A DNA stretch of 63,517 nucleotides, filler included, from Octopus bimaculoides (taxonomy: Eukaryota), in NCBI RefSeq assembly GCF_001194135.2. It is 6 parts of 6 records of this genome, joined end to end, with 100 filler letters (N's around TTAATTAATTAA, not from the genome) between each part and the next. Parts side by side here need not be neighbours in the genome. Positions count along the whole stretch, not along the records: positions 31,198 to 50,528 come from NC_068991.1; positions 50,629 to 56,802 come from NW_026408789.1; 4 more parts are not named here. One strand, given 5' to 3'. Of the stretch, positions 38,200 to 51,170 are shown in pieces. The position numbers and the translations under genes are program-made. Under the pieces are notes generated by a model. It ran no database searches. It was not told where the DNA came from and was given only the letters and a program-made list of their open reading frames with translations. Within the stretch, counting starts at the first letter, position 1. Each line of letters opens with the position of its first letter.

Positions 38200-39940
38200 A
38201 TTACCCTGGATAATGAATACTATCCCCTATACTTTTTGCCATTAATAGACGCCTAGTAAAAGAAATGGTTATCTTCTTTGAGTAAAAGTAAAAAACAAGT
38301 TTTTTTGAAAAGATCAAAAGACCATAGCAGTAATCAAACAGTGAAATACATCCCATGTAGAAAATTACTATACATACACTGTGGCAATAAAAGAAATTGG
38401 AGTCAGCTATTGCTGATCTTTGAACTATGGAGAAAAATTTCAGTAGACTTTTGAACTAAACCAAGACCTACAGAAAGGCCTGGAAAGATCTTTTGATAGA
38501 CATGAAGAAACTTAAAGAATATTTGGATAAAAACCCAACATTTTCAAATTTTTCAGAGAAACAATTTTATAACAGCAAGCTATATTTGTTGAAAAGAAAT
38601 ATGTCACCGTATCAAACAAAATCACTCAGCCAAAATGTACAAATGATAATACTCATATTATGAACAACAAGAAACACAACTAAGACGAACATAACAAAAG
38701 CAAACTGCTACTACTACATGGACATGTAGTTCCCACTTATAATCTCACAAAAACAAATGAAGAATATAAAATACTTAGATCATGGCTTGCATCAAAGTTC
38801 AAGTAAAACTTCCCTACGGACATACATAAAGCACTGCATGAGAGAATGACACAGACACAAGTTGGGAAAAAACCAACAACCTGATGTTATCGACAATTAA
38901 AGAAGTTGTGAGAGAACAACTAGCTTAAAAGCAAATTCCCAGTTTTTGGACAATAAATGTCGTGCTATATTGTGCTGCAGTAATTGTGCACCAACAAAGA
39001 GGAGTAAAAGTGACATCCAAAGGATAATGATAATACTGAGTCAAAATGGATTACCTCCTTTCAAAATAACTTCAACAGACTCAGAAAAAAGATGGACACT
39101 GTCATTAAATCAAAGCTAAAAATGAAATCAAAAATCTAGCTACACCTGCATGATAGATTCTCCAAACTGTATAAGAATAGCTGCCAAGAAACTCTCACAA
39201 ACAAACAGATCATTCTCAAACATGATCCTGCAAGTGGTCAGTGAAAATCTTCATTACTGTAAAAAATTACATGAAAAATGATAAACTGATATATTACTGT
39301 ATGAAAGGCAATACCATCAAGCTGTATATTACAATATGAAAGGCAATACCATCAAGAGAGTAAATGCTCCTCCACAAGAAGATCTAGAATCATTCTGGTG
39401 GGGGAATCTGGAATCTAAGTAAAGAACACAATCATGATGTGGCATGGTTAAATGAACTATGAAGTATTGTGTAAATGCCTCTCCCAAAATATATAACACT
39501 ACCAGTGAAACATTCCTGACAGTTATTACGAAACTGTCAGGTGAGAAATCACCAGAGAGACACCTGATAGTAGGCTACAGGTACAAAAAGCTCAGATTCT
39601 ACAGAGAAATTCTCATGATCCTGAGGGTTGCATGGACTAATTTTATTCTCAATGTGATAGAAAATGTTGGCTCTGGTATACCAGTGTAGAAGATATTACC
39701 ACATCGTTAGCAGCTGCCCCCAAATGTCTTACAACTCTTGTACGTTGACTATAAATTCTTATTTGTACCTATCATCATAGGTGCATAAGCCTATGTAATT
39801 AGAAATTTACACAAAAATCTGGAAATACTAGATCTTTTGAAGAAAGAGCAAAAGAAAATGATGCAGATTCTCCAAATCCAATTTATTAGTGCCGCAGTGA
39901 AGATTTGTAAGACATTCCAAAGATTCTTCATCTGAGATTC
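38200..39940 (+). mobile_element. Heavily decayed R4/Dong-like LINE
   Basis: Relics resembling FW..W...EHN.D.AWL (39390-39455) and VPIIIGA...QIQ.ISA.VKI.K.F (39760-39930); many stops. Confidence 0.4.
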
Positions 39941-40056
39941 TTTACATAAATAGATGCATCAACAGCTCGACTGACACAGCACCTCAATCACATCTTTACA
40001 AATACTGGGAACTGTCTTCACTAAAAAAGCCTTGTTGCTTTGTTAATATGTATGTA

Positions 40057-40129
<73 letters not shown>

Positions 40130-40134
40130 TCTTT

Positions 40135-40409
40135 TTTTCTTTTACTTGTTTCAGTCACTTGACTGTGGCCATGCTGGAGCACCGCCTTTAGTTGAACAAA
40201 TCAAATCTTTTGCCAAACAGCTAAGCTACAGGGTCAAACACAGAAAAATACACACACACACGCACACACACACGCACACACNNNNNNNNNNNNNNNNNNN
40301 NNNNNNNNNNNNNNNNNNNNNNNNNNNNNNNNNNNNNNNNNNNNNNNNNNNNNNNNNNNNNNNNNNNNNNNNNNNNNNNNNNNNNNNNNNNNNNNNNNNN
40401 NNNNCTAAC

Positions 40410-40444
<35 letters not shown>

Positions 40445-40590
40445 CACTCACACACACATGACAGGCTTCTTTCAGTTTCCATCTACCAAATCCACTCAGA
40501 AGGCTTTTGTCGGCCTGAGGTTATGGTAGAAGACACTTGCATAAGGTCCCATGCAGTGGGACTGAACTTGGAACCATGTGGTTGGGAAGC
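40135..40590 (-). mobile_element. SINE family A
   Basis: Tail, gap and head all match the family. Other partial copies at 18120-18315, 19660-19885, 21634-21800, 22610-22760, 30922-31075, 33115-33460, 53895-54000, 58320-58620, 62125-62222, 63138-63262. Confidence 0.8.
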
Positions 40591-40679
40591 AAGCTTCTTA
40601 CCATATATAAAAATAAAAATGTAAAAGCAAATCTCTTTAAAAAGACATTTAATTTAGATACATAATATAAACATATAGA

Positions 40680-41600
40680 ATCTCTTACTGCTGTATCTAG
40701 AATTGCCAAGCATGTAGATTATCATATTTAGTAAGCTGAGTATTCCATCATCTGAGAGAGAGAAGTCAGTGAGATGTAAAGATGAGGGAATATTTCCAGT
40801 TGAGGATATTAGTTTATTCCAGTTTGTCAAAAATGGGGGAAAGATCTGAGTAAAATAAAACTTGTGTGAATATGTACAAGTGGTAGAAGTATGCAGGTAG
40901 ACAGGCAAGAACAAACATCGGGGATTTGTGATTGGCAGTCCTGCTCATGAGAGTTTGATGGGGATGGTGACCTTGGTGCAGGTGATGCAGCTGGTACTAT
41001 GGTGGTATATCCAGGTTGTTGGCGACCAGTAGCTTGAAATTTATCAGAAGGGCATAATTCTGGTGACAGCAATAGGATAGATCATATTTTTTGTTGATAG
41101 ATACTGTGTGTTCTAATACACAGTATCCATCAACAAGAAATATGATCTATCCTATTGGTAGATGGATATGCAGTTTTTTGCAGAGGCAGAGCTGGCAATC
41201 AAGAATTCCAGGTGAATATGATGGTACCTTATCAACAATAGTTCACTTGATGCTGCATGTTTTGACTTGAAGGTCACAAAGTCTCCAGAGAAAGCGAGAC
41301 AGAGAAGTAGAATTCTCTCTATCCCTGGATCTGATTGAGTGCATGTGCAGGGAGTATTTTTTTTTTTGTAGTCATTGGCTGTCATACCCATATAGTACCT
41401 AGTGATGCCATCGGATGGTGTAAGAGTGGCTCTGTATACTACAGTCCTTGAGAGGCAGGATCCTTCTAGAGGATAGACGGTGGGGTTTTGGCAGTTGCAG
41501 GTTGGGATAGGGCGCTGTACGGATGCATTTTTACGTTTGTTAGTGTGTGCAATGTTAGATGTGATATTCTCTAAGATGGAGCAGCATGACATTATGTGTG
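40680..41600 (-). mobile_element. Second Penelope-like element, 3' fragment (GIY-YIG region and 3' terminal repeat)
   Basis: CNCQNPTVYPLEGSCLSRTVVYRATL...YYMGMT matches the CNC..CPL.G.CL...VY.A....Y.G.T pattern of PLE endonucleases. A hammerhead relic lies downstream. Confidence 0.7.
40681..40759 (-). ncRNA. Decayed hammerhead motif downstream of a Penelope-like endonuclease
   Basis: Minus strand: tctct CAGATGA tggaat...attcta GATA cagcag TA agaga. Helix I tctct/agaga is perfect, stem II base is tggaat/attcta, two core substitutions, GUA triplet. Confidence 0.35.
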
Positions 41601-41786
41601 TTGAAGAGTTTATAATACTTATGTCCTATTTGTAATACTTATGGTCGCATGCCCTTTTTTGACCAATCCAGTAATAGTACTTGACTTTCTCTAACTGATC
41701 TCTCATTCAAATTTCCAATGACAGAGACTTAGTATCATGCTTTGAAACTTAGAGCATCAAGGAATTTGAATCAAAACGTTTTGATC

Positions 41787-41831
<45 letters not shown>

Positions 41832-41947
41832 ATACATATACACACGTACACACATACATGCACACACATACATATACACACGTACACACACACATACATA
41901 TGTGTGTGTATATACATATACATGTGTATGTGTTTATATACACACAC

Positions 41948-43578
41948 ATCATCATCATCATCATCGTTTAATGTCCGCTTTCCATGCTAGCATGGGTTGG
42001 ACGATTTGACTGAGGACTGGCAAGCCAGAAGGCTGCACCAGGCTCCAATCTGATCTGGCAGAGTTTCTACAGCTGGATGCCCTTCCTAATGCCAACCACT
42101 CCGAGAGTGTAGTGGGTGCTTTTATGCGCCACCAGCACGAGGGCCAGTCACACGGTACTGGCAATGGCCATGCTCAAAAAGGTGTTTTTTATGTGCCACC
42201 TGCATGGGAGTCAGTCCAGCGGCACTGGCAATGACCTCGCTTGAATGGTTTTCTAACGTGCCACCAGCACAAGTGCTAGAAGGTGACACTGGTAATGATT
42301 ACACTCAAATAGTGCTATTTACGGGCCACTAGCATGGAAGCCAGACAGCTGCTCTGGTAATGAACATGCTCAGACAGTGCTGTTAGTGCTCCACTGGCGC
42401 AGGTGCCAGTCATCGAGTATGGTTCAATTACGATTTCGATTTCACTTGCCCCAACAGGTCTTCGCAAGCAGAGTTTAGTGTCCAATGAAGGAGAGGTTGG
42501 CATGAGTGCCAGACGTTGAGTTCAGTTCGATTTCGATTTCAGATTTCACATTTCAAATTTCAAATTCGCTTGCCTCAACAGGTCTTCGCAAGCAGAGTTT
42601 TTAGTGTCCAATGAAGTAAAGATACGAATAAGTGAGCTGGCTACACTTCTGGCAGAGGTCACAGATTATGCTCTCACTTGCCTTGCCGGGTCTTCTCACG
42701 TACTGCATATTTCCAAAGGTCCCAGTCACTGGTCATTGCCTCGGTGAGGCCTAAAGTTCGAAGGTCGTGCTTCACCACCTCATCCCAGGTCTTCCTGGCT
42801 CTACCTCTTCCACAGGTTCCCTCAACTGCTAGGGTGTGGTACCTTTTCACACAGCTATCCACATCCATTCTTGCCACATGTCCATACCAGTGCAATCGTC
42901 TCTCTTGCACACCACAACTGATGCTTCTTAGGTCTAACTTTTCTCTNNNNNNNNNNTCTCTTGCACACCACAACTGATGCTTCTTAGGTCTAACTTTTCT
43001 CTCAAGGTACTTACACTCTGTTGAGTATGCACACTAACATTACACATCCATCGGAGCATACTGGTTTCGTTCTTGTGAGCTTACACATGTCACAGCCCAT
43101 GTTTCACTGCCATGAAGCATAGCTGTTCATACACATGCGTCATACAGTCTGCCTTTTACTCTGAGTGAGAGGCCCTTTGTCACCAACAGAGGTAAGAGCT
43201 CTCTAAACTTTGCCCAGGCTATTCTTATTCTAGCAGCTACACTTTCAGTGCACCCCCCCCCCCCCCNNNNNNNNNNNNNNNNNNNNNNNNNNNNNNNNNN
43301 NNNNNNNNNNNNNACTACTGACTTGGTCACCTAGATAGCAGAAGCTATCAACTACTTCTAGTTTTTCACCCTGGAGTGTAGCAAAGGTTGTTTTCTTCAC
43401 ATTTTCAGTATTTATTGCTCCTGAGCATCTGCTACATACAAAAATTGTCTTGCTATTTAGCCTTCCTTTGATATTGCTGCACCTCTTATGTGTCCATAGC
43501 TTATACTGGGTACATCTTATGGAGTTTCTACCAACGCCTTTTCTACAGATCAAGCAGGGCCATCTACCTGAAGGGTAT
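41948..43578 (-). mobile_element. RTE-clade LINE, 5'-truncated, same family as 16488-18118
   Basis: LEVVDSFCYLGD, RIRIAWAKFRELLPLL, RRLHWYGHVARM, GRARKTW, plus the same 3' UTR and (GAT)n tail. Confidence 0.9.
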
Positions 43579-45608
43579 AATGATTACAACCACAACAACA
43601 AAGATGATATCCACAATACTTGTGACATTGTAACCTATATGTTATTTCTTATCGTGAAGGAAAACAGCCGATAAGGGACCCTAAAGGTGATTGTGTTGTT
43701 CAGATGAAAGCAAAGATAAAACAAAAAAATACAATTAAATGGCTAGTATGACCTTTTAGACATCTAAGTTAAATTATTTTATTAGTGACCACCCACCCCA
43801 CCCAATAAATTATTTCAAGTAATCTTTTGGGATTTGTGTTATTTGCACTTTTAGTTCTTTTATGCCACCCAATATCTTCATTATGCTATACTTACTTTCA
43901 CTTATTTAAACTTACTTTCCATTTTCACCACCATCTCCCATCTTCTTAACGGGCTTTACTGGCTAGTGTTAAACCTTTTCACTTTTACCAAAATATATCT
44001 CTTCTTGGATTAATGTTGTCCCATTTAGCTGCACACAGAAATTCATTAGATTGTTATACTCCCAAGGTTTGCCTTTTTGCAAGAGTGTTTATGATCATTG
44101 GTAATTTTGGACAGTATTTTAGGAATAAATGTAACCCTTTTTATAAACTTATTCGTTTATATGAATTTACTAATTTTATACTATCCTTGTTTAACCTATA
44201 CAGACCATTGTTATCACATTAATTTGAACCACTCTCTTATCAGGTATCAAATAAGATACCACATTTATGTCTTATAATTATAATAGACAAGGTAGCAAGC
44301 TGGCAGAATCATTTACGTTCTGAGTTCAAATTCCGTGGAGGTCAACTTTGCCTTTCATCCTTTCGGGGTAGATAACTTAAGTACCAGTTGTGTACTTGAG
44401 TCAATCTAATCGACTGGCCCCCTCCCCAAAAAATTTCAGGCTTTGTGCTGAGTAGAAAAGATTATAATTATAATAGTAATTTCGGACATTCTTCTAACTA
44501 GCTATCTAAACTATTTGTTTCAGGTCACCCATTCTAACAAATCATTGTTTTTAGTGTGTCTGTGGTCAAAGGGTATTTTTTTGTTCATTCCAGTTATACA
44601 CCTAGTTTATTGATATTCAAGACATTAAGTATGATTTTTTAACTAATTAGACAAGTACAAATTATAGATTTTACAACGATTTTGCTATATATTCTAGGGA
44701 CAATATTAACTTATTATTATTCTCCATTTTTAAGAGGGCTGTCATACAATTTATATGTTAAGTAACAATATTTTGGCATGCATACAAATGACAGTAACAC
44801 AGTCCTGTAAACACAAGTAATCTGTTCATGTTAATGAGTTCTTCTGTGTAAGCCTTTTCAACATTGTCTATGATTCTTTATATAGGTTCTTTTCAGAACC
44901 TATGAATGAGTTTTTAAGCTTATGGTTACAAGTAAATATAATTTCAGAGAGTTTATTAATTAATTGGTCCTTACATAGGAGAATTTCTAATGTTTCTTCT
45001 ATGCATCAGGATTGTGCATCATATTCCTCAGCACTTTTTAGTCTACACATGAAGCTTGTCAATGATGTACAGTAACTTTTGCACTCATTAGTGAAGGATG
45101 GAAGATAGTCTCTTAAACGATTTTGTGCATGTCTATACTTCACAATTATATATAATATTCTTTTTCATGCAGTCATTCTCGGGTGGGCTTTCATTTTTGA
45201 TTCTGGATCTTTTGGTTTTGTTACTTGCAACCTGGTCCTCTCTTGTTGCACTTTTATTCTTTTTATGCTTAGCATTGCATCTATTTGTATGGTAGTTGCT
45301 GATTTTCTCAACTCTATTGTTCTTTGTTTCCACTTCCCTTATTCTCTTCCTGTTTTTTTTTCCTGTCTTGATATCCCGCTCATTTATTTCAACCTTATTA
45401 TCATTTTTGTTTCTGTTGTTATTGTCATAATGTTTATTAATATATTTTTTTCCTTATTGGCTTAACCTCCATCTGCCATATTTGTTTGGATTTACATTTA
45501 GTGTGGGGTGCTGAAACATCCTCATGTTGTTATTACTATTATTATATCTTCTAAGCAGACCCATACCCTGAGTTACCCCAGATCTGATCACTGTTCCTTG
45601 TGAGTATG

Positions 45609-45681
45609 CCCTGGCACTTCACCACCATCTCTTTCCTGTTTTCTCTTGCACTCCAGCTCTTTTTCACTCTCCTCTCTCTTG

Positions 45682-45720
<39 letters not shown>

Positions 45721-45873
45721 AGATATCAGGAATGAGGACAGAAATAGGTGTGTTGCTGTAGAGGAGATACATGGTTACCCTGTCACAGGGGAGAGCAAGA
45801 GAAAGAGAGAGAGAGTCGAAGAGAGCAGGAGTGCAAGAGAGAACAGGAGAGAGATGGTGGTGAAGAGCCAGGG
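45609..45873. repeat. Inverted repeat (45609-45660 and 45822-45873)
   Basis: 52-bp arms with 4 mismatches, plus a looser CT/AG extension. Confidence 0.8.
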
Positions 45874-46456
45874 GAAACAAGGAATGGAGATTAGTATATA
45901 AACGGGATTGTAGAGTAAAGTAAGAGAGAGATAAATGGTGACAATGTGCCTGGGCATACCCTAAAGGTACGTGGGTCAGAATATAAATGGCAGGGTATTG
46001 CCAAAGATGAGCAAGTAGGGAGGAGAGATTTCACATGGATGCAAAGAATGTGGAGTGGGGTAATGCAGTGACTGATGAAATCTAGGTATATAGAGGGAGT
46101 GAGAGACTACAAGATAGCAATTATACAGTGAGCAAAGAATTTGAGGACAGGATTGGGGAGTGAGAGATAAGCATAGTGCAAGAAAGAAGAAATTAATATT
46201 CTATTGTTGACGTAGGGTGTGTGAAAAGTTTTATTGTTACACAGTGCATCTAGAACTCAGTTTTGCTGAAGTGGGTGGGTTTTCTCAAGAACTTCATATT
46301 GCCAGACATCTCAGACCATTGTCATCTCATCCATGAGGCCCAACAACCTGAGATTGGTCCTCACCATGTCATTCCATGTTTCCCTCTTCCACAGGTGCCA
46401 CCCACTCTTATTGATTGACAAACACACATGCTTGCACGCACACATGCACACATGCG

Positions 46457-46505
<49 letters not shown>

Positions 46506-46508
46506 ACA

Positions 46509-47450
46509 ATTATCAGGTTGTTAGATCAGGCGGTGAAAGTCACACAGAGGGTCATAGCCCAACTAATTAGGATGAGAGTTAGTCTAGATGAGATGCAGTT
46601 TGGTTTTGTGCCAGGGAGAAGCACCACTGATGCTATATTTCTGGTAAGGCAGCTGCAGGAGAGGTACTTAGCCAAAGATAAACCTCTATACTTGGCTTTT
46701 GTTGACACAGAAAAGGCCTTTGACAATGTCCCCCACTCCTTTATCTGGTGGTCAATGCGGAAAATAGGGAAAGAGAAGTAGTTGGTGAAAGCTATACAAG
46801 CCATGTACAAAGATGCCATCAGTAAGGTGAGGGTTGGCAATGAGTATAGGAATAAATTCAGGGTACAAGTAGACGTTCACCAAGGATCAGTCCTCATCCC
46901 TCTCGTGTTCATCATAGTCCTCAGGCAATAACAGAGAAGTTTAAGATGAGCTACCCCTGGGAGCTCCTCTATGCTGATGATCTTGTTCTCATAGCCAAAC
47001 CACTATTAGAACTAGAGAAGAAATTTCATGTATGGAGGCAAGGTCTGGAATCAAAGAGCCTTAGAGTTAATCTGCCAAAAATATCTTACAAAGTCTTACT
47101 AAGTAGGAAAGTGGGCTAATCACAAATCCCCTCTGGTTTGATGGCCCTGCTTGATCTGTAGAAAAAACATAGGTAGAAACTCCATAAGAAATGAAGCTAG
47201 TATGCTTCACTAGATGTGCAGTGTCAGTGTGCATGTACATCAGAGTGTAAGCCTCTTGAGAGAAAAGTTGGGCATAAGAAACGAATGCAAAAGAGACGAC
47301 TGTATAGGTGTGCTCATGTGATGTGTATGGACAAGGACAGCTGTGTAAAGAAGTGCCAATCTCTGTGAAGGGAACCTGTGGAAGAGATAGACCCAGGAAG
47401 ACTTAGGACAAGGTGGTGAAGCATGATCTTCGAACGTTGGGCCTCACCTC
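46509..47450 (+). mobile_element. RTE LINE reverse-transcriptase fragment with internal deletion
   Basis: QFGFVPGRSTTDAIF, LAFVD.EKAFD, HQGSVL, LLYADDL. The sequence jumps from RNSIR to NEASML near 47190, deleting most of the finger region. Confidence 0.85.
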
Positions 47451-47514
47451 TGGCGATAAGCTGTTTGTGAGAAGACTTGTCAGGTCAAATGAGATCGCAG
47501 TTGTGGCTATGCCG

Positions 47515-47960
47515 GTGTCATGTAAATGGCACTTGTACATTGTAGTCATGGTCATTGCCAGTACCATGTAAATGGCACCTGTGAATTGTAGTCGTGGTTG
47601 CTGCCAGTGCCATGTAAATGACATTTGTGAATTGTAGTCATGGTTGTTGATGGTACATTGTAAATGGCACTTGTGAATCTTCCTGGTCATTGCTGGTACT
47701 ATGTAAATGGCACCCATGTACCGTAGTAATGGTCATTGATGGTGCCATGTAAATGGCATCACGGAACTGTGGTTGTTGCTTGTGCCATGTAAATGGCACT
47801 CATGAATCATAATTTTTGTGGTCACTGCTGGTGCCATGTAAATGGTACTTGTGCATTGTAGTCATGGATGTTGCTGGTACCATGTAAATGGTACTTGCAA
47901 ATTGTAGTTGTGGTTGTTGTCAGTGTCAAGTAAATGGCACCTGTGCCAGTGGCATGTAAA
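47515..47960 (+). repeat. Tandem array of about ten 40-49-bp units, each with a GTGCCAT-GTAA-ATGGCAC hairpin core
   Basis: ccatgtaaatggcac recurs at regular spacing; perfect hairpin at 47782-47799. Confidence 0.85.
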
Positions 47961-49390
47961 AGCACTCATTACACTCCCGGAATGGTTGGTATTAAGAAGG
48001 GCATCCAGCTGTAGAAGCCACGGCAAATCAGACTGGAACCTGGTGCGGCTCTTCGGCTCATCAGCTCCAGTCAAATCATCTAAACCATGCCAGCATGGAG
48101 AGCAGATGTTAAATAATAATGATGATAATGATGAAGATGATATAGAATATAAAGGAAGTCAGGAAGTATGAGATGAATATATTTATTTCACCAGTTGATA
48201 TCCATAAGATTACAATCATTTTGCAGCCAATATCATGGAAAAATATTTTATTGTGTACGAAATTATTTTACATGTCTACACTAGTTTATATATTATAAAT
48301 TACACAGTACTATTATATATTTTACAAGCTAATACAGGTATAGAAGGATCTTCAGATCCCTAGAATATTGTGATTACATCTATTCTTCTACTCCAATATT
48401 CACATACAAAAAGTGATCTTTCAAATATTAATGTACAGAAGATAATAATTAATAATAAAAAGTTTTCTATAGAAGGGAGAAAAGGAGATATAATAAGTTA
48501 TCAAAAAGGAAACTGTGGATGGTAGTGGTGAAAATGAAGATTGTATCTTATCTATAAAAGGCAGATTTTCTGTGTGTGTGTGTGTGTGTATGTTTGAAAT
48601 TCATACATTTACACAATTCCAAATTTCTTGGATTAAAGAATCGCAATTAATATTCTAAATACAATTTGTTAGGTCACTGCGTCATTTTTTCACTCAAAGA
48701 AATTCCTAATAACGAATAAAATTTATAAAACTACACAAGTAAACATTTTCTCCCTAATAAAATCTAATTTCCTCTTTCTAATACAAATCCTTTCAACTCC
48801 TACTTTCTCTTATGAACCTTTACGAACAATCCAGCAACAAATACAAAAAGAAAGGAAGGAGAAACACTGACAGTAAAAGAAAACTATTTCAGTATCNNNN
48901 NNNNNNNNNNNNNNNNNNNNNNNNNNNNNNNNNNNNNNNNNNNNNNNNNNNNNNNNNNNNNNNNNNNNNNNNNNNNNNNNNNNNNNNNNNNNNNNNNNNN
49001 NNNNNNNNNNNNNNNNNNNNNNNNNNNNNNNNNNNNNNNNNNNNNNNNNNNNNNNNNNNNNNNNNNNNNNNNNNNNNNNNNNNNNNNNNNNNNNNNNNNN
49101 NNNNNNNNNNNNNNNNNNNNNNNNNNNNNNNNNNNNNNNNNNNNNNNNNNNNNNNNNNNNNNNNNNNNNNNNNNNNNNNNNNNNNNNNNNNNNNNNNNNA
49201 ACCCTAAAACCCCAACTCTAACACTGTAGTGAAAATCGTACGAGTGTTAATCTGAAAATTTTACAATCTTTTTTAAAATACTTTTACTTACTAACATTCT
49301 TTTATTTAGTGTGTGTGTGTGTTGCCCACATAGATATACACTTAAGACTTAGTTGTGGGTTGGGACTTTCATCGGCAGAGGTCATTATTA

Positions 49391-49464
49391 TTACGACCAT
49401 ATATATATACACACAGAGTGCACATTAATACACACATACATACAAATACCTATCATTCTTTTTA

Positions 49465-49499
<35 letters not shown>

Positions 49500-50512
49500 G
49501 CCCATCTTAATATATAATGCTGAAGTTCTGTATCTGTGTGAAGCCTTTTTAAAAGTTTATAGAAATCCACATTTTCTGAAAAATTACCCACATTTGTAAT
49601 GAACTTCACTGATTTGCAATGTGTTGTCCATAAGCTCCGTAGTTTGTATATTTACAAAACATTGACGAACATGAGTTATCTTGTAATGAATGTTTGTGTG
49701 TACGTGCGCGTGTATGCGTTTGAGAGAGCGAGAGAGAAGAGGGAGAGAGGGAAAGAGAGAGGGGGAGAAAGGAATAGAGAACGGGAGCAGTGAAGAAAGA
49801 GAAAGAGAGGAAGGGAGAACGGAAGACAGTTATCAAATAGCAATGCGTGCGCATGTTTATATAAGAAACACACAGAAACTAAATTTTATATCTATAATGT
49901 TGATGTGTTTATGTGTATGTTGTTGTAACAGATCACGTATGTGTGGTTGTGTGTTTTTACATTTCTATGTTATGAAAAATATGTTAGAGGTAGAGGGATA
50001 GAAGAAAGCTATTAAATGGGAGCGAGGAAGAAGAACGAAGTAAGAGTGAAAAGGTAGAAGGAAAGAATAGTCTTAAAGCAAGTTAATCTATGACTTTGTA
50101 TGTATTCCTTTCTCTCTCTCTCTTTTATTCTTACTCTGTATATTATATGTTGAGCGTGTGATCGATGTGTAAGAACGCTGGTACAGGTAGAAGGGAAGAA
50201 ATATAAAAGTTGCTAGAAACAACAGCCAAATCTCCCTTAAATCACACAAAGTAAACGGAATTTTAAAAATCTAATTTCTGCACTGGAAAGTTCACATCGA
50301 GAAAATTCTATTGATGTAAAAATTTGTACGAAAAAGTGGAAAATGTGGATTTCTATAAACTTTTAAGAAGGCTTCACACAAATACAGAACTTCAGCATTA
50401 TATATTAAGATGGGCAACACACACACACACTAAATAAAAAAAGAATGATAGGTATTTGTATGTATGTGTGTATTAATGTGCATTCTGTGTGTATATATAT
50501 ATATGGTCGTAA
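49391..50512. repeat. Inverted repeat pair, about 180 bp (49391-49576 and 50339-50512)
   Basis: Collinear reverse-complement match from ttacgaccat through gttgcccatcttaatatataatgctgaagttctg to agaaatccacattttc; differs mainly in (TG)n length. Confidence 0.9.
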
Positions 50513-50628
50513 GTAAATGCGTTTTAAGNNNNNNNNNNNNNNNNNNNNNNNNNNNNNNNNNNNNNNNNNNNNTTAATTAATTAANNNNNNNNNNNNNNNN
50601 NNNNNNNNNNNNNNNNNNNNNNNNNNNN

Positions 50629-51170
50629 CACATGAACGCACGCATTCACACAAACACGAATATGAACGCACGCATTCACACAAACACACACATAAACGCA
50701 CGCATTCACATAAACACGCACATCAACGCACGCATTCACACAAACACGCATACACGCACATGAACGCATGCATTCACACATACACGAATATGAACGCACG
50801 CATTGACACAAACACACACATGACCGCACGCATTCACACAAACACGCACNNNNNNNNNNNNNNNNNNNNNNNNNNNNNNNNNNNNNNNNNNNNNNNNNNN
50901 NNNNNNNNNNNNNNNNNNNACGCACGCATTCACACAAACACACACATGAACGCACGCATTCACACATACACGAATATGAACGCATGCATTCACACAAACA
51001 CACACATGAACGCACGCATTCACACAAACACACACATGAACGCACGCATTCACACAAACACGCATACACGCACATGAACGCACGCATTCACACATACACG
51101 AACATGAACGCACGCATTCACCCAAACATACATACACGAACATGAACGCATGCATTGACACAAACACACA
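50629..51170 (+). repeat. 30-bp minisatellite (catgaacgcacgcattcacacaaacacaca variants)
   Basis: Regular 30-bp periodicity visible by eye. Confidence 0.9.

Noticed and set aside
43700-45480. Minus-strand purine-rich stretch resembling decayed coding sequence (ORF 45133-45333)
   Set aside because: No recognisable motif and many stops; cannot be assigned.
47515-47960. CRISPR-like array (palindromic repeat plus spacers)
   Set aside because: The spacers are homologous to each other, the context is a eukaryotic retroelement and there are no cas genes; it is a minisatellite.
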